Positions 21,143 through 31,573 of a stretch of 64,000 nt of DNA are shown here, in pieces. The notes below the pieces were generated by a model. It saw only the letters and a program-made list of their open reading frames with translations, did no database searches and was not told where the DNA came from. This DNA comes from a virus. Taxonomy: Duplodnaviria > Caudoviricetes. The DNA is taken from IMG/VR virus record IMGVR_UViG_3300027804_000038, positions 192,001 through 256,000 of that record. One strand, 5' to 3'. Each line of letters begins with the position of its first letter. The stretch's first letter is position 1. A program made the translations under genes and the position numbers.

Positions 21143-21437
21143 AGTATCACCTGAAGAATTAAAAGAAAAAATTCAAAATAAAGAGACCATGATGGTTGAT
21201 TTTTACGCAACTTGGTGTATTCCATGTGGCAGACTTATTGAAGAACTTAATGACATTGACACAGAGGTTCCAGTATATAAGATAAACGTTGAGGATGACG
21301 TTGAGTTTTCAAAATCCTTAGGGATTAGGTCTGTACCCACCGTAAAAATATTCAAAGAGGGTCAACCAATATCAACAATGGTTGGATTTAAACCAAAAAG
21401 TGAGATAAAAAATATTTTATCTGAAAGTTTATCATGA
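21135..21437 (+). CDS. trxA: thioredoxin
   Basis: DFYATWCIPC active site, IRSVPT motif. Confidence 0.9.
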   Translation: MIEVSPEELKEKIQNKETMMVDFYATWCIPCGRLIEELNDIDTEVPVYKINVEDDVEFSKSLGIRSVPTVKIFKEGQPISTMVGFKPKSEIKNILSESLS

Positions 21438-21703
21438 ATAAGTTAGTGGTATATACAATGAAAGGTTGTCCTCATTGTGATGACTTTAAAAAAATGTTAA
21501 AAAATGAAAAAATAAAATTTACGAATAGAGATGTTGAAAAACATTCTGATGAGTATGAGTTATTTGTTAGTGTAACTAATGATTTTGTTCCAGCATTTAT
21601 GATTATTAATATGGAGGAACCAAATAAATCTGAATTATTTGCACCTGATTTACATTTTAATGATTTAGAAGAAGGTTTGAAAATTATTAAAGAAAAATTA
21701 TAA
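21434..21703 (+). CDS. glutaredoxin-like protein
   Basis: YTMKGCPHC, VPAF motifs. Confidence 0.85.
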   Translation: MNKLVVYTMKGCPHCDDFKKMLKNEKIKFTNRDVEKHSDEYELFVSVTNDFVPAFMIINMEEPNKSELFAPDLHFNDLEEGLKIIKEKL

Positions 21704-22231
21704 ATGAGAGAATTAACATTTAGAAAAAAAGGGGTGGTCCACACCCCTTTGGTTTATTGGGAAATTGATAAAAATAATAAAATAGCGATATATCAGGGAG
21801 GTAGAGGTGCTCGTCCTGATTTGGACTTCATTGTTAAACATAAACAAGAAGGTAAAAAATTAAGAACACCGTCACATACTCATTGGATTGTAGATTTAAT
21901 TGCTAAAGCTCAATACGATAAAGGTAGAGTTAAATCCTATGTTGAGGATATGATACAAATGTATGACGAGTGTGAACCATTTAAGGACGAAGAAGAGAGA
22001 AACAATTACAAGTTACAATGCCCTACCAAGTATTGGATGAAACACATTATGCTTGAAGATAAAGGATATTATCCGATACAAGTATTGACAGCCTTTATTG
22101 AATTATTTTCTAAATGTGAAAAACAAACACCTGGAGCATTTATGTTTAGAAACCTACTAACATTAGTTAAGGATTATTGTGAAGGTAAGAAAGATTTTTA
22201 TCAGGTCGTAGGGTACTCTAAAAGAGTTTAA
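21704..22231 (+). CDS. hypothetical protein
   Basis: ORF track; PSHTHW motif. Confidence 0.7.
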   Translation: MRELTFRKKGVVHTPLVYWEIDKNNKIAIYQGGRGARPDLDFIVKHKQEGKKLRTPSHTHWIVDLIAKAQYDKGRVKSYVEDMIQMYDECEPFKDEEERNNYKLQCPTKYWMKHIMLEDKGYYPIQVLTAFIELFSKCEKQTPGAFMFRNLLTLVKDYCEGKKDFYQVVGYSKRV

Positions 22232-22953
22232 ATTACCTGAAAAAAACTGTTTTCTTTAATTTTTAACCATGGTCTATAATTTTGGTCTATTAAATAATAT
22301 TTCATGAAATCATGAGATTTAATAATCTCGTTAATTTCTAATACATCCATTTCAAAATTATCCATAATGATTGATTTAAGTTTTGATGATGGATATATTG
22401 AATCGGAAATAATGTTAATAATATTAATCGTACCGTTATTGTGCTCCTCGATTTCGAATTCAATAAAATTATAATTAAAATGGTTTTGTATATTGTATGC
22501 AATCATTTCCAAGTATAGGTATAAATTTTTTAAATAATATTTTGAATACCCAAACGGAAATTTAGAATTGACGGATGATTCGTAAGATATATAATTAGAT
22601 TTATTTACATACTGAAAATCTTTATTAAATCTAATTTTAATTTTTTTTTCTTTAAGTTTACTTTTATCAAAATAAGAAATTAAGTCTAAAGTGTTAATAT
22701 TCTCAATATTCATAAAATTAAATTCAGACTTATACTTAGAAATAAACTGATTAACTAATTCTTGAGATGTTAATACGTTTGGAGATTCGGTAATACCCTT
22801 TAAAATAATTAAAGATTCAAAATCAGATACTCCTATAACTGTATTGAATTTCCCATTTTCACTTATTTTCTCACATAAAAATTCAGAAAAAAGATTACAA
22901 AATCCCTGTCTACTATCAATTAAAAAACTATTCATATACAAATTTAAAAACAA
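22228..22953 (-). CDS. hypothetical protein (weak resemblance to MetK N-terminal domain)
   Basis: ORF track; pattern CNLFSEFL...VIGVSDF..LIILKGIT. Confidence 0.55.
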   Translation of the reverse strand: MFLNLYMNSFLIDSRQGFCNLFSEFLCEKISENGKFNTVIGVSDFESLIILKGITESPNVLTSQELVNQFISKYKSEFNFMNIENINTLDLISYFDKSKLKEKKIKIRFNKDFQYVNKSNYISYESSVNSKFPFGYSKYYLKNLYLYLEMIAYNIQNHFNYNFIEFEIEEHNNGTINIINIISDSIYPSSKLKSIIMDNFEMDVLEINEIIKSHDFMKYYLIDQNYRPWLKIKENSFFQVI

Positions 22954-22976
22954 AAAAAAACAGTATAAATAGTAAT

Positions 22977-24380
22977 TTAAAAATAATCTCCTATTGAATA
23001 ATTAATACAATTATCGACCTGACTTGAGTTAGGGTAATCGTCTAATCTTGGTACTCTTAATGATTCACGAGCTCCATCATCTATTAAATCTTTTAGTAAT
23101 CTACCGTAACTACCAAAATACTCAATTGTATCACAATGAATTCCATCACAATCCTTGTTTTCAGTTAACCATTCCGAAACAACTTCATATACACATTTTG
23201 TGGCTTTGTATCTTGTTCCGTAAAATGTTTTAGATACTTGTTTACCTTCTTTATCCCAAACTTGTTTTTTGTATGAATACTCATCTCGTTTGTTGTCATC
23301 AATTACAAAACCAACTAGTTCAGACATTAAACTATCATACCATTCATCAGTTAATGTTCCTTCATAACAACCGTGATAGATATCATATAAATCACTTCGT
23401 ATATCATCTAATTCCTTATTAATTAGGTACTCAATAGTATCATCATCACCAAGTATACGAGAGATGACCTCATCAGTTAATTCAACATCATCACGACCTT
23501 GTTCCTGAGCAATTTCTTCAAGTAATTCAGTATCGGTACCGATTGTTTTCATATCTTTAAGTTCAGATGTAATTCTTTCATTAACCAATTTTTTATTTTC
23601 ATTAGTTAACTCATCATATACGTCTCTATAAACATCATCAGTCACATCCCAAAAACTCACATCATACTCACCATTTAAAATACTCTCAATTGAATCACTA
23701 CTAATTTCATTACGATATGACGTATTGAAAAACCCTGAAAGTTCACCTGAAGATGTGTCAAAATAATAATCACTTCCTATTTTTATAATATCTGAAAGAT
23801 ATTCATCAACTATTCTCCAAACAAAAGAACTATCATTTTCATAAAACGCATAAAATAATCGATTTTGGTAATCTTCATATATTGGATTAAATGGGTCTAT
23901 CCTATTTAATAAACCTTTTTTACTTAAAATTTCGAAATAATTTTCGATACCACCAAAAAACTTATCAAAAAATTCAATACCTTCATCATCCTCTAATTTC
24001 TTTATAATTTTTAAAAATTTTTCATCTTTTTCTGACAAGTTTTCTTCATTTTGTTCTTTTATATTTTTCTTTTTTAAAAATTTGAGTAATGGTTTTTCAT
24101 CTGTAACGTCTGCTCGACTAGATAATTTTGAAAATTCATCACTCTTTTTCTTATAGTCCCAGTGGTCAGGTAAATCTTCAGAATCAATGACTTTATCATA
24201 AACAACATCATCACTTAATGGAACCAAGTCCAATTCTGGATGAGCAATATATATACCTTTATTACCCCAATCCCAAACTCTTGTTGGTTTATTTAATAAC
24301 TTTCTAAAATGTTTATTAGAAAAAAAGTTATCTTGGTTATAACCTCTAATAATTATGTAATCACCTGTCTGTAAAGTCAT
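22977..24380 (-). CDS. acidic late protein
   Basis: 467-aa D/E-rich ORF; ATAAATA just upstream on + strand. Confidence 0.7.
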   Translation of the reverse strand: MTLQTGDYIIIRGYNQDNFFSNKHFRKLLNKPTRVWDWGNKGIYIAHPELDLVPLSDDVVYDKVIDSEDLPDHWDYKKKSDEFSKLSSRADVTDEKPLLKFLKKKNIKEQNEENLSEKDEKFLKIIKKLEDDEGIEFFDKFFGGIENYFEILSKKGLLNRIDPFNPIYEDYQNRLFYAFYENDSSFVWRIVDEYLSDIIKIGSDYYFDTSSGELSGFFNTSYRNEISSDSIESILNGEYDVSFWDVTDDVYRDVYDELTNENKKLVNERITSELKDMKTIGTDTELLEEIAQEQGRDDVELTDEVISRILGDDDTIEYLINKELDDIRSDLYDIYHGCYEGTLTDEWYDSLMSELVGFVIDDNKRDEYSYKKQVWDKEGKQVSKTFYGTRYKATKCVYEVVSEWLTENKDCDGIHCDTIEYFGSYGRLLKDLIDDGARESLRVPRLDDYPNSSQVDNCINYSIGDYF

Positions 24381-24451
24381 ATTAATAAATATAAAAAAAG
24401 GGGAAAATAACTTCCCCTTGTAATCTAGATTAATTTTTTGGTTTTATTGGA

Positions 24452-24490
24452 TTATTTTCCACATCCGCAACCACCACCACCGTTTTTCAT
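24452..24490 (-). CDS. 12-aa micropeptide MKNGGGGCGCGK
   Basis: manual translation; own TATTTAT motif upstream. Confidence 0.4.
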   Translation of the reverse strand: MKNGGGGCGCGK

Positions 24491-24530
24491 AGCGCTATTT
24501 TTTTTAATGGTTTATTACTTATAAATATTT

Positions 24531-24656
24531 TTATTTTTTGTTTTTGTTGTAGTATTTCTCAATAACCTTTTTAACAGAGTCTTGTGAAGATGTATTCTTT
24601 TGAGGTAAAGGTTGTTGATTTGACTGATTTTGCTTATTTTTACATGAACACCCCAT
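24531..24656 (-). CDS. 41-aa peptide starting MGCSCK
   Basis: manual translation; TATTTAT motif upstream (24685-24691, - strand). Confidence 0.55.
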   Translation of the reverse strand: MGCSCKNKQNQSNQQPLPQKNTSSQDSVKKVIEKYYNKNKK

Positions 24657-24753
24657 AATATTAGAATATTAATTTTTATTATATATAAATATTTCACTAA
24701 GATATTAAAAGGAAATAGTAAGTGGATTTATATATTTATAAATAAAAACAATA

Positions 24754-26094
24754 ATGAATTATCATTTAAAGAAAATTTTAAAATCTATTATAAGTGAACA
24801 GGATGAAAATGAATACATTTTTATCCAACCACAAGAACTTATTGATATGTTAAAATTCGTATCCTATGACGTTAATGCTTTAAGTAAGTTAAAAAAATAC
24901 AGAAACAAAAATATAGTAGTTCAAGGAAACTTGAATCTAAGCGGATTACCAATTAAGTCATTGAGTCCAATTAAAAAAATAGAGGGAAGACTTGATATTT
25001 CAAATACAAAAGTATCTAGTATAGATGGTATTGAAGTTACAGGGTATGTGACAGATTATGGGACACCAATTGAGTCTAAACGAAAGGCTAAAATTAGAGC
25101 GGAGAAAATTTCAGGAGCTAACGCAAGAAGAGAAGACAATGAATGGGATTTAGAAGTTTACAATGACGAAGAAAGTTTATATGCAAATGTTTTGTTTGAT
25201 TATCTAGAATCGGATATTGATGAAATTGTTAGACCTAAAAATTATTCTGAATTATTGAGTAATTTACAGACTAAAAGAAGTAATTTAGAATATGACCAAG
25301 AACAATTAGAAGATGTTAATAGTAGTGAATACAACGAGATACAAGAAAAAATTGATGAAATAGACACTGAAATTGAAGAATTGGAAGATAGTGTAGATGT
25401 GTATTTTTTAATACCCAGTAAATACACGCATTACGGGTTAACAGTATTTGAAGTATTAATACCATCAAAAGAAGGAGAAGAATATACTGTTGGTACTGAA
25501 AGAGATATGGACAATGCTATTAGGGATTATCAAGAAGAATATTTTAATGAACATGGTGTTAATGGTTACCGAAGAGACTTTTGGTTAAATTATATCGATT
25601 TAGATAGGATTTATGATGATGCATTAGAAGTTTATGAGAGTGATGTTAGAGACAATCCTGATTCATATTTGAGTGATAGTGATAAAGAATTGAGTCAAGA
25701 ACAATTAGATGAGATTAAAAAATTGGAAGAGGAAAAAGATGAACTTGAATCACAACTTCATGACTTGGAACCTGGGGATGATGAGTATGATAATATTGGA
25801 GATAGAATTAATGAAATAGATATTGAAATAGGTGAAATTGAAGATTCTCCAGATGGCGAATATAATGATAGTGCGATAGAAGAGAAGGCCGAAGAACTTG
25901 CAAGTTATTACAGAGATAATCCCGAAGAATTTGCTGGAAACATGGGATATGATTTGTCAGAATACATTGACAAAGAAGAATTAATAGAGGCTTCAATTTC
26001 TGAGGATGGGTATGGTAACATGAATCATTATGATAATGATTATGATAGTTTTGAATTTAATGGTGAAACTTATTATATAATGAGAATAACATGA
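24754..26094 (+). CDS. acidic late protein with short LRR-like N-terminal region
   Basis: GNLNLSGLPIKSL...LDISNTKVSSI; IISE leader; TATTTATAAATA upstream. Confidence 0.7.
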   Translation: MNYHLKKILKSIISEQDENEYIFIQPQELIDMLKFVSYDVNALSKLKKYRNKNIVVQGNLNLSGLPIKSLSPIKKIEGRLDISNTKVSSIDGIEVTGYVTDYGTPIESKRKAKIRAEKISGANARREDNEWDLEVYNDEESLYANVLFDYLESDIDEIVRPKNYSELLSNLQTKRSNLEYDQEQLEDVNSSEYNEIQEKIDEIDTEIEELEDSVDVYFLIPSKYTHYGLTVFEVLIPSKEGEEYTVGTERDMDNAIRDYQEEYFNEHGVNGYRRDFWLNYIDLDRIYDDALEVYESDVRDNPDSYLSDSDKELSQEQLDEIKKLEEEKDELESQLHDLEPGDDEYDNIGDRINEIDIEIGEIEDSPDGEYNDSAIEEKAEELASYYRDNPEEFAGNMGYDLSEYIDKEELIEASISEDGYGNMNHYDNDYDSFEFNGETYYIMRIT

Positions 26095-26849
26095 TTAAAG
26101 ATATTGTTAAAAATAAAAAAACAAATTTTAAAATGGATACAGATTGGATATTCACAGAGCCAATCGATTTAGAACATAAACAATATATGTTACTAGATTT
26201 CTTAAAATATTGTGATAAAAAAATTGATAAATTTGAACTTTACCCAATGTATACTGAATTATCAGTTCACCTTGCAAATTTACAATCAATTTCTAGTGAT
26301 TTTAAAATGATTTATTTTGAAAGAAAATTGGAAAACGTTGACGACGAAGTTTTATTATCTGATTTAAAATTTAGACCTATACAAATAACAAATGAGGAAG
26401 ATTTAATTGAATATGATAAGATTTTAAAATATTCAGGGCAAAAAATATTAGACTATTTTAATATAGTTAAAGCTTTGTGGACTTTGATATACGATACAGT
26501 ATCAATTAAAATAATTAAAAACGATAGAAACATTTCAGAACTTACTGGATATTTTTTTTATGAAAAAGAAGGTACTAAAAAAATTTGGAAATATATTATA
26601 GATAAGAAGGATAATCTTACAATTGATAATAAAGTTTACACTAGAGAATTGATTAATTTTAATAACAATGATTGTGTAGAATCGATAATATATAATTCTG
26701 AAAACGTTAAGAAATTACCAATTTTTGAATTAAAGGCAACTAATGAATTTCCGATGGAAAGTACATTGTTACCTATTTTCAAAAGGAAAGTTTTGAATTA
26801 TACTATACAAAAGGGCATCATAAAAAATCTGAGGAATGGGATTCAATAA
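26091..26849 (+). CDS. hypothetical protein
   Basis: ORF track. Confidence 0.7.
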   Translation: MIKDIVKNKKTNFKMDTDWIFTEPIDLEHKQYMLLDFLKYCDKKIDKFELYPMYTELSVHLANLQSISSDFKMIYFERKLENVDDEVLLSDLKFRPIQITNEEDLIEYDKILKYSGQKILDYFNIVKALWTLIYDTVSIKIIKNDRNISELTGYFFYEKEGTKKIWKYIIDKKDNLTIDNKVYTRELINFNNNDCVESIIYNSENVKKLPIFELKATNEFPMESTLLPIFKRKVLNYTIQKGIIKNLRNGIQ

Positions 26850-26977
26850 AAAAATAGTTGGAGAACAAGAAATTATTTTTTTAACAGATAATCCTAGTGT
26901 TATTGAATTTTATTTAAAATGTGATGTTATTTTTTTTTCTAATGAAAAAGTACAAATAAAATTTAATAAAATAAAAG

Positions 26978-27181
26978 ATGATTACATTAAGAGAACAAGT
27001 TTTAAATAAGTTAAGAACTGAAATTCACGTATCATTTATAAGTGAAGTTATTTTAAAATTACCTATGGATAAAACAATTGAACTTATGGAAGATTTAGTT
27101 TCCGATGGTTTTATTGATAATTTGGGAAATGGTTACTACATTTTAAAAAAAAATAAAAATGGAAAAATTCAAAACATTTGA
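26978..27181 (+). CDS. small protein, possibly winged-helix
   Basis: helical pattern then LVSDGFI..GNGYY. Confidence 0.5.
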   Translation: MITLREQVLNKLRTEIHVSFISEVILKLPMDKTIELMEDLVSDGFIDNLGNGYYILKKNKNGKIQNI

Positions 27182-27566
27182 ACCCTTAAAGTCTAATAGA
27201 TGGATAATCTCATTTAACGATGAGGTAAAAGTACCTCCATACCAGTTCAGTAAGTATAAACTTAAAAACGAAGGAGAAAATCTTATATTAACAACATCAA
27301 TGTATAACACTGTTGTTTATTCTTTTAATCCTGCTGACCTATATAAAATAACCGATGTTAAGATTGAATATTTAGACCCAATCGGTGAAGTGGTTAATGG
27401 GTTGTTGTTACCTGTTAAAGGTTCAAATCTTGAGATTAAATGTTCATATAAAGATGATAATCTTATGTTTACAAAATTAAGATTTGTTATCGATACTAGC
27501 AAGATGACACCAATCTATAAAAATACAATTGAAACAAATTATGATGGAACAGAAGGAAATGGTTAA
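27159..27566 (+). CDS. tail-tube-like (T4 gp19 fold) paralog
   Basis: FEPLKSNRW...KIEYLDPIGEVV pattern typical of large-myovirus tube proteins. Confidence 0.5.
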   Translation: MEKFKTFEPLKSNRWIISFNDEVKVPPYQFSKYKLKNEGENLILTTSMYNTVVYSFNPADLYKITDVKIEYLDPIGEVVNGLLLPVKGSNLEIKCSYKDDNLMFTKLRFVIDTSKMTPIYKNTIETNYDGTEGNG

Positions 27567-27780
27567 TAACCCAGAACATTATGGGGGTGCGGAAAATGTT
27601 TATGAAGTTGTTAAAGTTTGTGAGGCGTGGGGGTTAGATAAGGATGCGTACCTTTTTAATGTTGTTAAGTATATTGGAAGGGCGGGTAAAAAAGAATCAG
27701 ACAAAGAATTACAGGATTTGAAGAAAGCCGCTTGGTACCTTAATAGAAGAATCGAAAACATAGAAAAATTATTAAAATGA
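27541..27780 (+). CDS. DUF3310-like protein
   Basis: VNNPEHY, FNVVKYIGRAGKK..QDLKKAAWYL. Confidence 0.85.
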   Translation: MMEQKEMVNNPEHYGGAENVYEVVKVCEAWGLDKDAYLFNVVKYIGRAGKKESDKELQDLKKAAWYLNRRIENIEKLLK

Positions 27781-27936
27781 TAACATTTATTGTTAGTTAT
27801 GTTTTATCATCATTAATTTTATTCTCTTTAATTTTATTAGGTGAATACTATTCAAACAAAAAACCAAATAGTAAATTTAATATTTGGTGGAACAAACACA
27901 TAATTACGAAAATATCTAAAGAAGAGGAAGATTATT

Positions 27937-28806
27937 ATGATTGAAAATTACGTAAATAGAGTAATCAACGGGGATTGTATTGAGGTTATGGGTAACATGC
28001 CAGAATCATCAGTTGATTTGATTGTTACATCACCTCCATACGGAGTAAACATTAATTATGATGTTCATGATGATGATATGGAAATAAATGAGTATTTGGA
28101 TTTTACTCGTAAATGGATGACTAATGCTTATAAAATCTTGAAAGACGATGGACGAATTGCTTTAAACATACCATATGAAATAAACAGACAAGAAAAAGGT
28201 GGTAGAATTTTTTTGGTATCTGAAGTATATCAGGTTATGAAGGAAATTGGGTTTAAGTTCTTTGGTGTTGTTGATTTAGAAGAAGATAGTCCTCACAGAA
28301 GTAAAACAACTGCTTGGGGTAGTTGGATGAGCCCGTCTAGCCCTTACATATATAATCCTAAAGAATGTGTAATACTTGCATACAAGAAAAACCACATTAA
28401 AAAAGTTAAAGGAGTGCCACAATGGAATGGAGTTCCAACTAAAATTGAACAAGAAGATGGAACATTCAAGACAAAGGTAGTTTATCAGGAAAAAGACAAA
28501 AAAGAATTTATGGAACTTGTGTTCGGACAGTGGAAATACTTAAACGACTCAAGACCAATGACAAAAGCAACATTTTCAATGGATATCCCAACTAAGGCTA
28601 TTAAGATATTGTCATACAAGAATGATATTATATTAGACCCATTTAATGGGAGTGGGACCAGCTGCGTAGCTGCTGAAACACTTGACCGAAGATGGATTGG
28701 AATTGAGTTATCACCAAACTACACTGAAATTTCAAGGCAAAGAATACAAGCATTTGTTGACCAAAAAAAACAACAAAAAATTGAATTTGAAACTGGAGGT
28801 AATTAA
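27937..28806 (+). CDS. N4/N6 DNA methyltransferase (beta class)
   Basis: GDC, DLIVTSPPY and ILDPFNGSGT motifs. Confidence 0.9.
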   Translation: MIENYVNRVINGDCIEVMGNMPESSVDLIVTSPPYGVNINYDVHDDDMEINEYLDFTRKWMTNAYKILKDDGRIALNIPYEINRQEKGGRIFLVSEVYQVMKEIGFKFFGVVDLEEDSPHRSKTTAWGSWMSPSSPYIYNPKECVILAYKKNHIKKVKGVPQWNGVPTKIEQEDGTFKTKVVYQEKDKKEFMELVFGQWKYLNDSRPMTKATFSMDIPTKAIKILSYKNDIILDPFNGSGTSCVAAETLDRRWIGIELSPNYTEISRQRIQAFVDQKKQQKIEFETGGN

Positions 28807-28821
28807 CCTCCATTTTTTTTT
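28794..28821 (+). terminator. intrinsic terminator
   Basis: TGGAGGT/ACCTCCA stem plus T run. Confidence 0.75.
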
Positions 28822-28851
28822 AATATGATGGTATTTATTAAATAAAAGTTT

Positions 28852-29226
28852 ATGATGGATAATTCAGAAATAATTAAAAAATTAGTAGAATCACAAATAC
28901 AACTAAAATTCTTACACTGGCAAACAAAATCTTATGCTAAACACAAAGCTTATGGTGAGTTATATGAAAGTTTAGGAGAATTAATTGATGATTTTGTTGA
29001 GGCTTGTATGGGTAAACACGGAAGACCATCATACGAAGGTGGATATACCATACAGGGACAAGACATTTCTGAAATATCTGTTCAAAATTTTATCGACGGA
29101 GTTTGTATTTTCTTAATACAATTAACTGAAGTATTTGACCCACAAGAGGATTCAGACCTTTTAAATTTGAGAGATGAAATGTTACATGGGTTCAATAAAT
29201 TAAAGTATCTCCTAACATTAGAATGA
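28852..29226 (+). CDS. ferritin/Dps-like (DUF5856-like) protein
   Basis: LHWQTKSYAKHKAYGELYE...KLKYLLTL. Confidence 0.75.
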   Translation: MMDNSEIIKKLVESQIQLKFLHWQTKSYAKHKAYGELYESLGELIDDFVEACMGKHGRPSYEGGYTIQGQDISEISVQNFIDGVCIFLIQLTEVFDPQEDSDLLNLRDEMLHGFNKLKYLLTLE

Positions 29227-30626
29227 GAAAAATTATATCTGAATCAGGTATTAGAAATATAAGAGAGCTTTCTAACAGATATAAGAAGGCTAAAATTTAT
29301 TTTCACCAAGACCTAGATGGTGTCACTACCGCAATAGCCATGAGGGACTATTTAAAGTCAAACGGAATTGACGTGGTTGACGTGGAAGTTATTCAATATG
29401 GAGATAAGGAGTTCGCGGTTAAAAAAACTGATGCTAGAGGTGAAGTTATGCCAGTTTTAGTTGATTTTGCACATGGTAAACCAATGTTTATTATTCACAC
29501 TGACCATCATGATAGACAAGCTGGTGCGGAAGAAACTGGCTCAAAATCATTTAGACAAGCAAGGTCAAACGTTGAAACCTTGTCTCAAATAATACCCAAA
29601 AGTGACTTATTTCCACCTGAAGATGTTGCCACAATATCTATGGTTGATAGTGCTGATTATGCTAAAAGAAATATTACACCTGAGATTGTAATGAATTATA
29701 TCTTTAAATTTGATAAAGATAAATCTGCGGCTGATAATAGAATGATGTTAGGATTGGTTACTAATAAATTACTTTTGGCATTTAAAAACAAAAAAGGATT
29801 TTTAGAAGAATTAGTTATGGAGTGTGAACCTTCATTAATTTCATTATTTAGAAAAATTAAAGAAATAATGAATTTAAAAGGATTTCCTTCAGAAGATGTT
29901 TTAGAAAAAAACAAAGAAATTTATGTTTCTTCCATGAAAACACATCCTCAGGTTTCTGGTAATATCATTGTTCAGTATGGAGGTGGTAATATGATGAAAC
30001 CTGGTTCGTATGATAGATATACACCATTTAGAAATAATCCTGAAGCTGATTTCTTGGTAATCGCTTGGCCTCTTGGTTTGTTACAAGCCTCTTGTAATCC
30101 ATTTAAAAAAGAAAGAGAACTTAAAGGTGTTAACCTTGGTGAAATAGCTCAAGAAGTTTTATCTAAATGGGAATCACAATTAAAAGAAAAACAAATACCT
30201 TTGTCAACTATAAAGTGGGTTTCTGAGACTGCAACTAATGAAGAATCTGTTGGGTTCACATTCAAGGATTTTGCGGCAATTTATGGTGAAAAATATGTGA
30301 AAGATAAAGACGGTATTAAAAGTTTGATGGATATTAAATCTTTAATGGAAAAAAAATCATCAGATTTAACTGAAGATGAATGGACTGTTCTTGACCAATA
30401 CACGGTTCCTGTTTGGGATGTTATTCAGGCTAATTCTGGAGGACACAAATGTATTACCAATATTTCAGGACTTAATTACATTGGTAGGAGTAAAAGACCA
30501 CCAAAGGGTGGATATAGGTATGATGCGGAAAAAGAGGATTCTCCGTATATTAAATTTTTAAAAATGTTACAAAGAGACTTTGTTAAAAACCTTCAAGAAA
30601 AGATTGAATTATCAAAGAATCAGTAA
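29223..30626 (+). CDS. DHH-family phosphoesterase-like protein
   Basis: FHQDLDG, VDFAH, HTDHH and GGH motifs; IISE leader. Confidence 0.65.
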   Translation: MRKIISESGIRNIRELSNRYKKAKIYFHQDLDGVTTAIAMRDYLKSNGIDVVDVEVIQYGDKEFAVKKTDARGEVMPVLVDFAHGKPMFIIHTDHHDRQAGAEETGSKSFRQARSNVETLSQIIPKSDLFPPEDVATISMVDSADYAKRNITPEIVMNYIFKFDKDKSAADNRMMLGLVTNKLLLAFKNKKGFLEELVMECEPSLISLFRKIKEIMNLKGFPSEDVLEKNKEIYVSSMKTHPQVSGNIIVQYGGGNMMKPGSYDRYTPFRNNPEADFLVIAWPLGLLQASCNPFKKERELKGVNLGEIAQEVLSKWESQLKEKQIPLSTIKWVSETATNEESVGFTFKDFAAIYGEKYVKDKDGIKSLMDIKSLMEKKSSDLTEDEWTVLDQYTVPVWDVIQANSGGHKCITNISGLNYIGRSKRPPKGGYRYDAEKEDSPYIKFLKMLQRDFVKNLQEKIELSKNQ

Positions 30627-31149
30627 CAACCCAATTTTTAGTATACTCTATATTATTAACACAAAATTTGGCATAATTATTAATTTTAGGTGAACCTGTA
30701 TTATAAGCTCCACACGCTTTAGCCCAACTTTTGTATTTATCGTAATTTTTTGATAATATTTTCATTGACACCATTACATTAAGTTCTAAATCATACATTA
30801 AGTCTTTTCTAGTAACTTTACTACCAGCATAATAAGATGCGTATTTAGGGATAATCTGCATGGCTCCAACAGCCCCTGCTTTAGAAGATAAATAAGGATT
30901 ATATAATGTGTCTGATGGACCTTTATATCTGGTTTCTTTGAATGCAACATTATAAGCGATGTATTTTGGAACACAGAATGAATCAGAGTAAGTCTCAATT
31001 AGATAATATAATCTATATGATGGTTTAGAATTTGGATTTGCTCCAATTTCATAAAGTACATCTTTATCTATTTTTATAGGATATGGTATAATAAATGAAG
31101 ATGAAATAATAAATGATAGTAAAAGTAATAAAATTTTAATTTTGTTCAT
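30583..31149 (-). CDS. lytic transglycosylase (SLT) with signal/anchor
   Basis: KETRY catalytic Glu, GAMQI, GAYNTG; N-terminal hydrophobic helix. Confidence 0.85.
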   Translation of the reverse strand: MNKIKILLLLLSFIISSSFIIPYPIKIDKDVLYEIGANPNSKPSYRLYYLIETYSDSFCVPKYIAYNVAFKETRYKGPSDTLYNPYLSSKAGAVGAMQIIPKYASYYAGSKVTRKDLMYDLELNVMVSMKILSKNYDKYKSWAKACGAYNTGSPKINNYAKFCVNNIEYTKNWVVTDSLIIQSFLEGF

Positions 31150-31167
31150 AATACTAAAATTAAAAAA

Positions 31168-31527
31168 TTATTTTGAAAGGTCAAATATAAAACTACATTT
31201 GTCTCCCATTTTAATACCTTCATTCTGACAACGACCACCCTCAATCTCTAATACATATTTACCGTATCCATTATAATTCTTACAAATTGGTGATTCACAC
31301 GGCTCGCAGTTATAATGTATTTCAGTTACTGTTAAATCACTATCAATAAAGATAATATCTAAAGGTATGATACAGTTCTTCATCCAAAAACTATGATACC
31401 CATTACCCATAAAGAATAACATACCATCAAATCCAATAAATTCTTTACCCATCATTCCTTCAGAAATTTCTTTGGGTGAATTACATACCTTAACTTTTAT
31501 ATTTTCATTTTTTATTCTTACAAACAT
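31168..31527 (-). CDS. DUF192 family protein
   Basis: GMLF, FWMKNCIIPLDIIFI, YVLEIEGG. Confidence 0.85.
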   Translation of the reverse strand: MFVRIKNENIKVKVCNSPKEISEGMMGKEFIGFDGMLFFMGNGYHSFWMKNCIIPLDIIFIDSDLTVTEIHYNCEPCESPICKNYNGYGKYVLEIEGGRCQNEGIKMGDKCSFIFDLSK

Positions 31528-31573
31528 AGTTAATGATAAATATTTTTTTTTTAAAAAAAATCAAATATTTATT

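Noticed and set aside
24515-24697. 60-aa minus-strand ORF from the track
   Set aside because: The other frame (MGCSCK, 24531-24656) fits the promoter motif and start context better.
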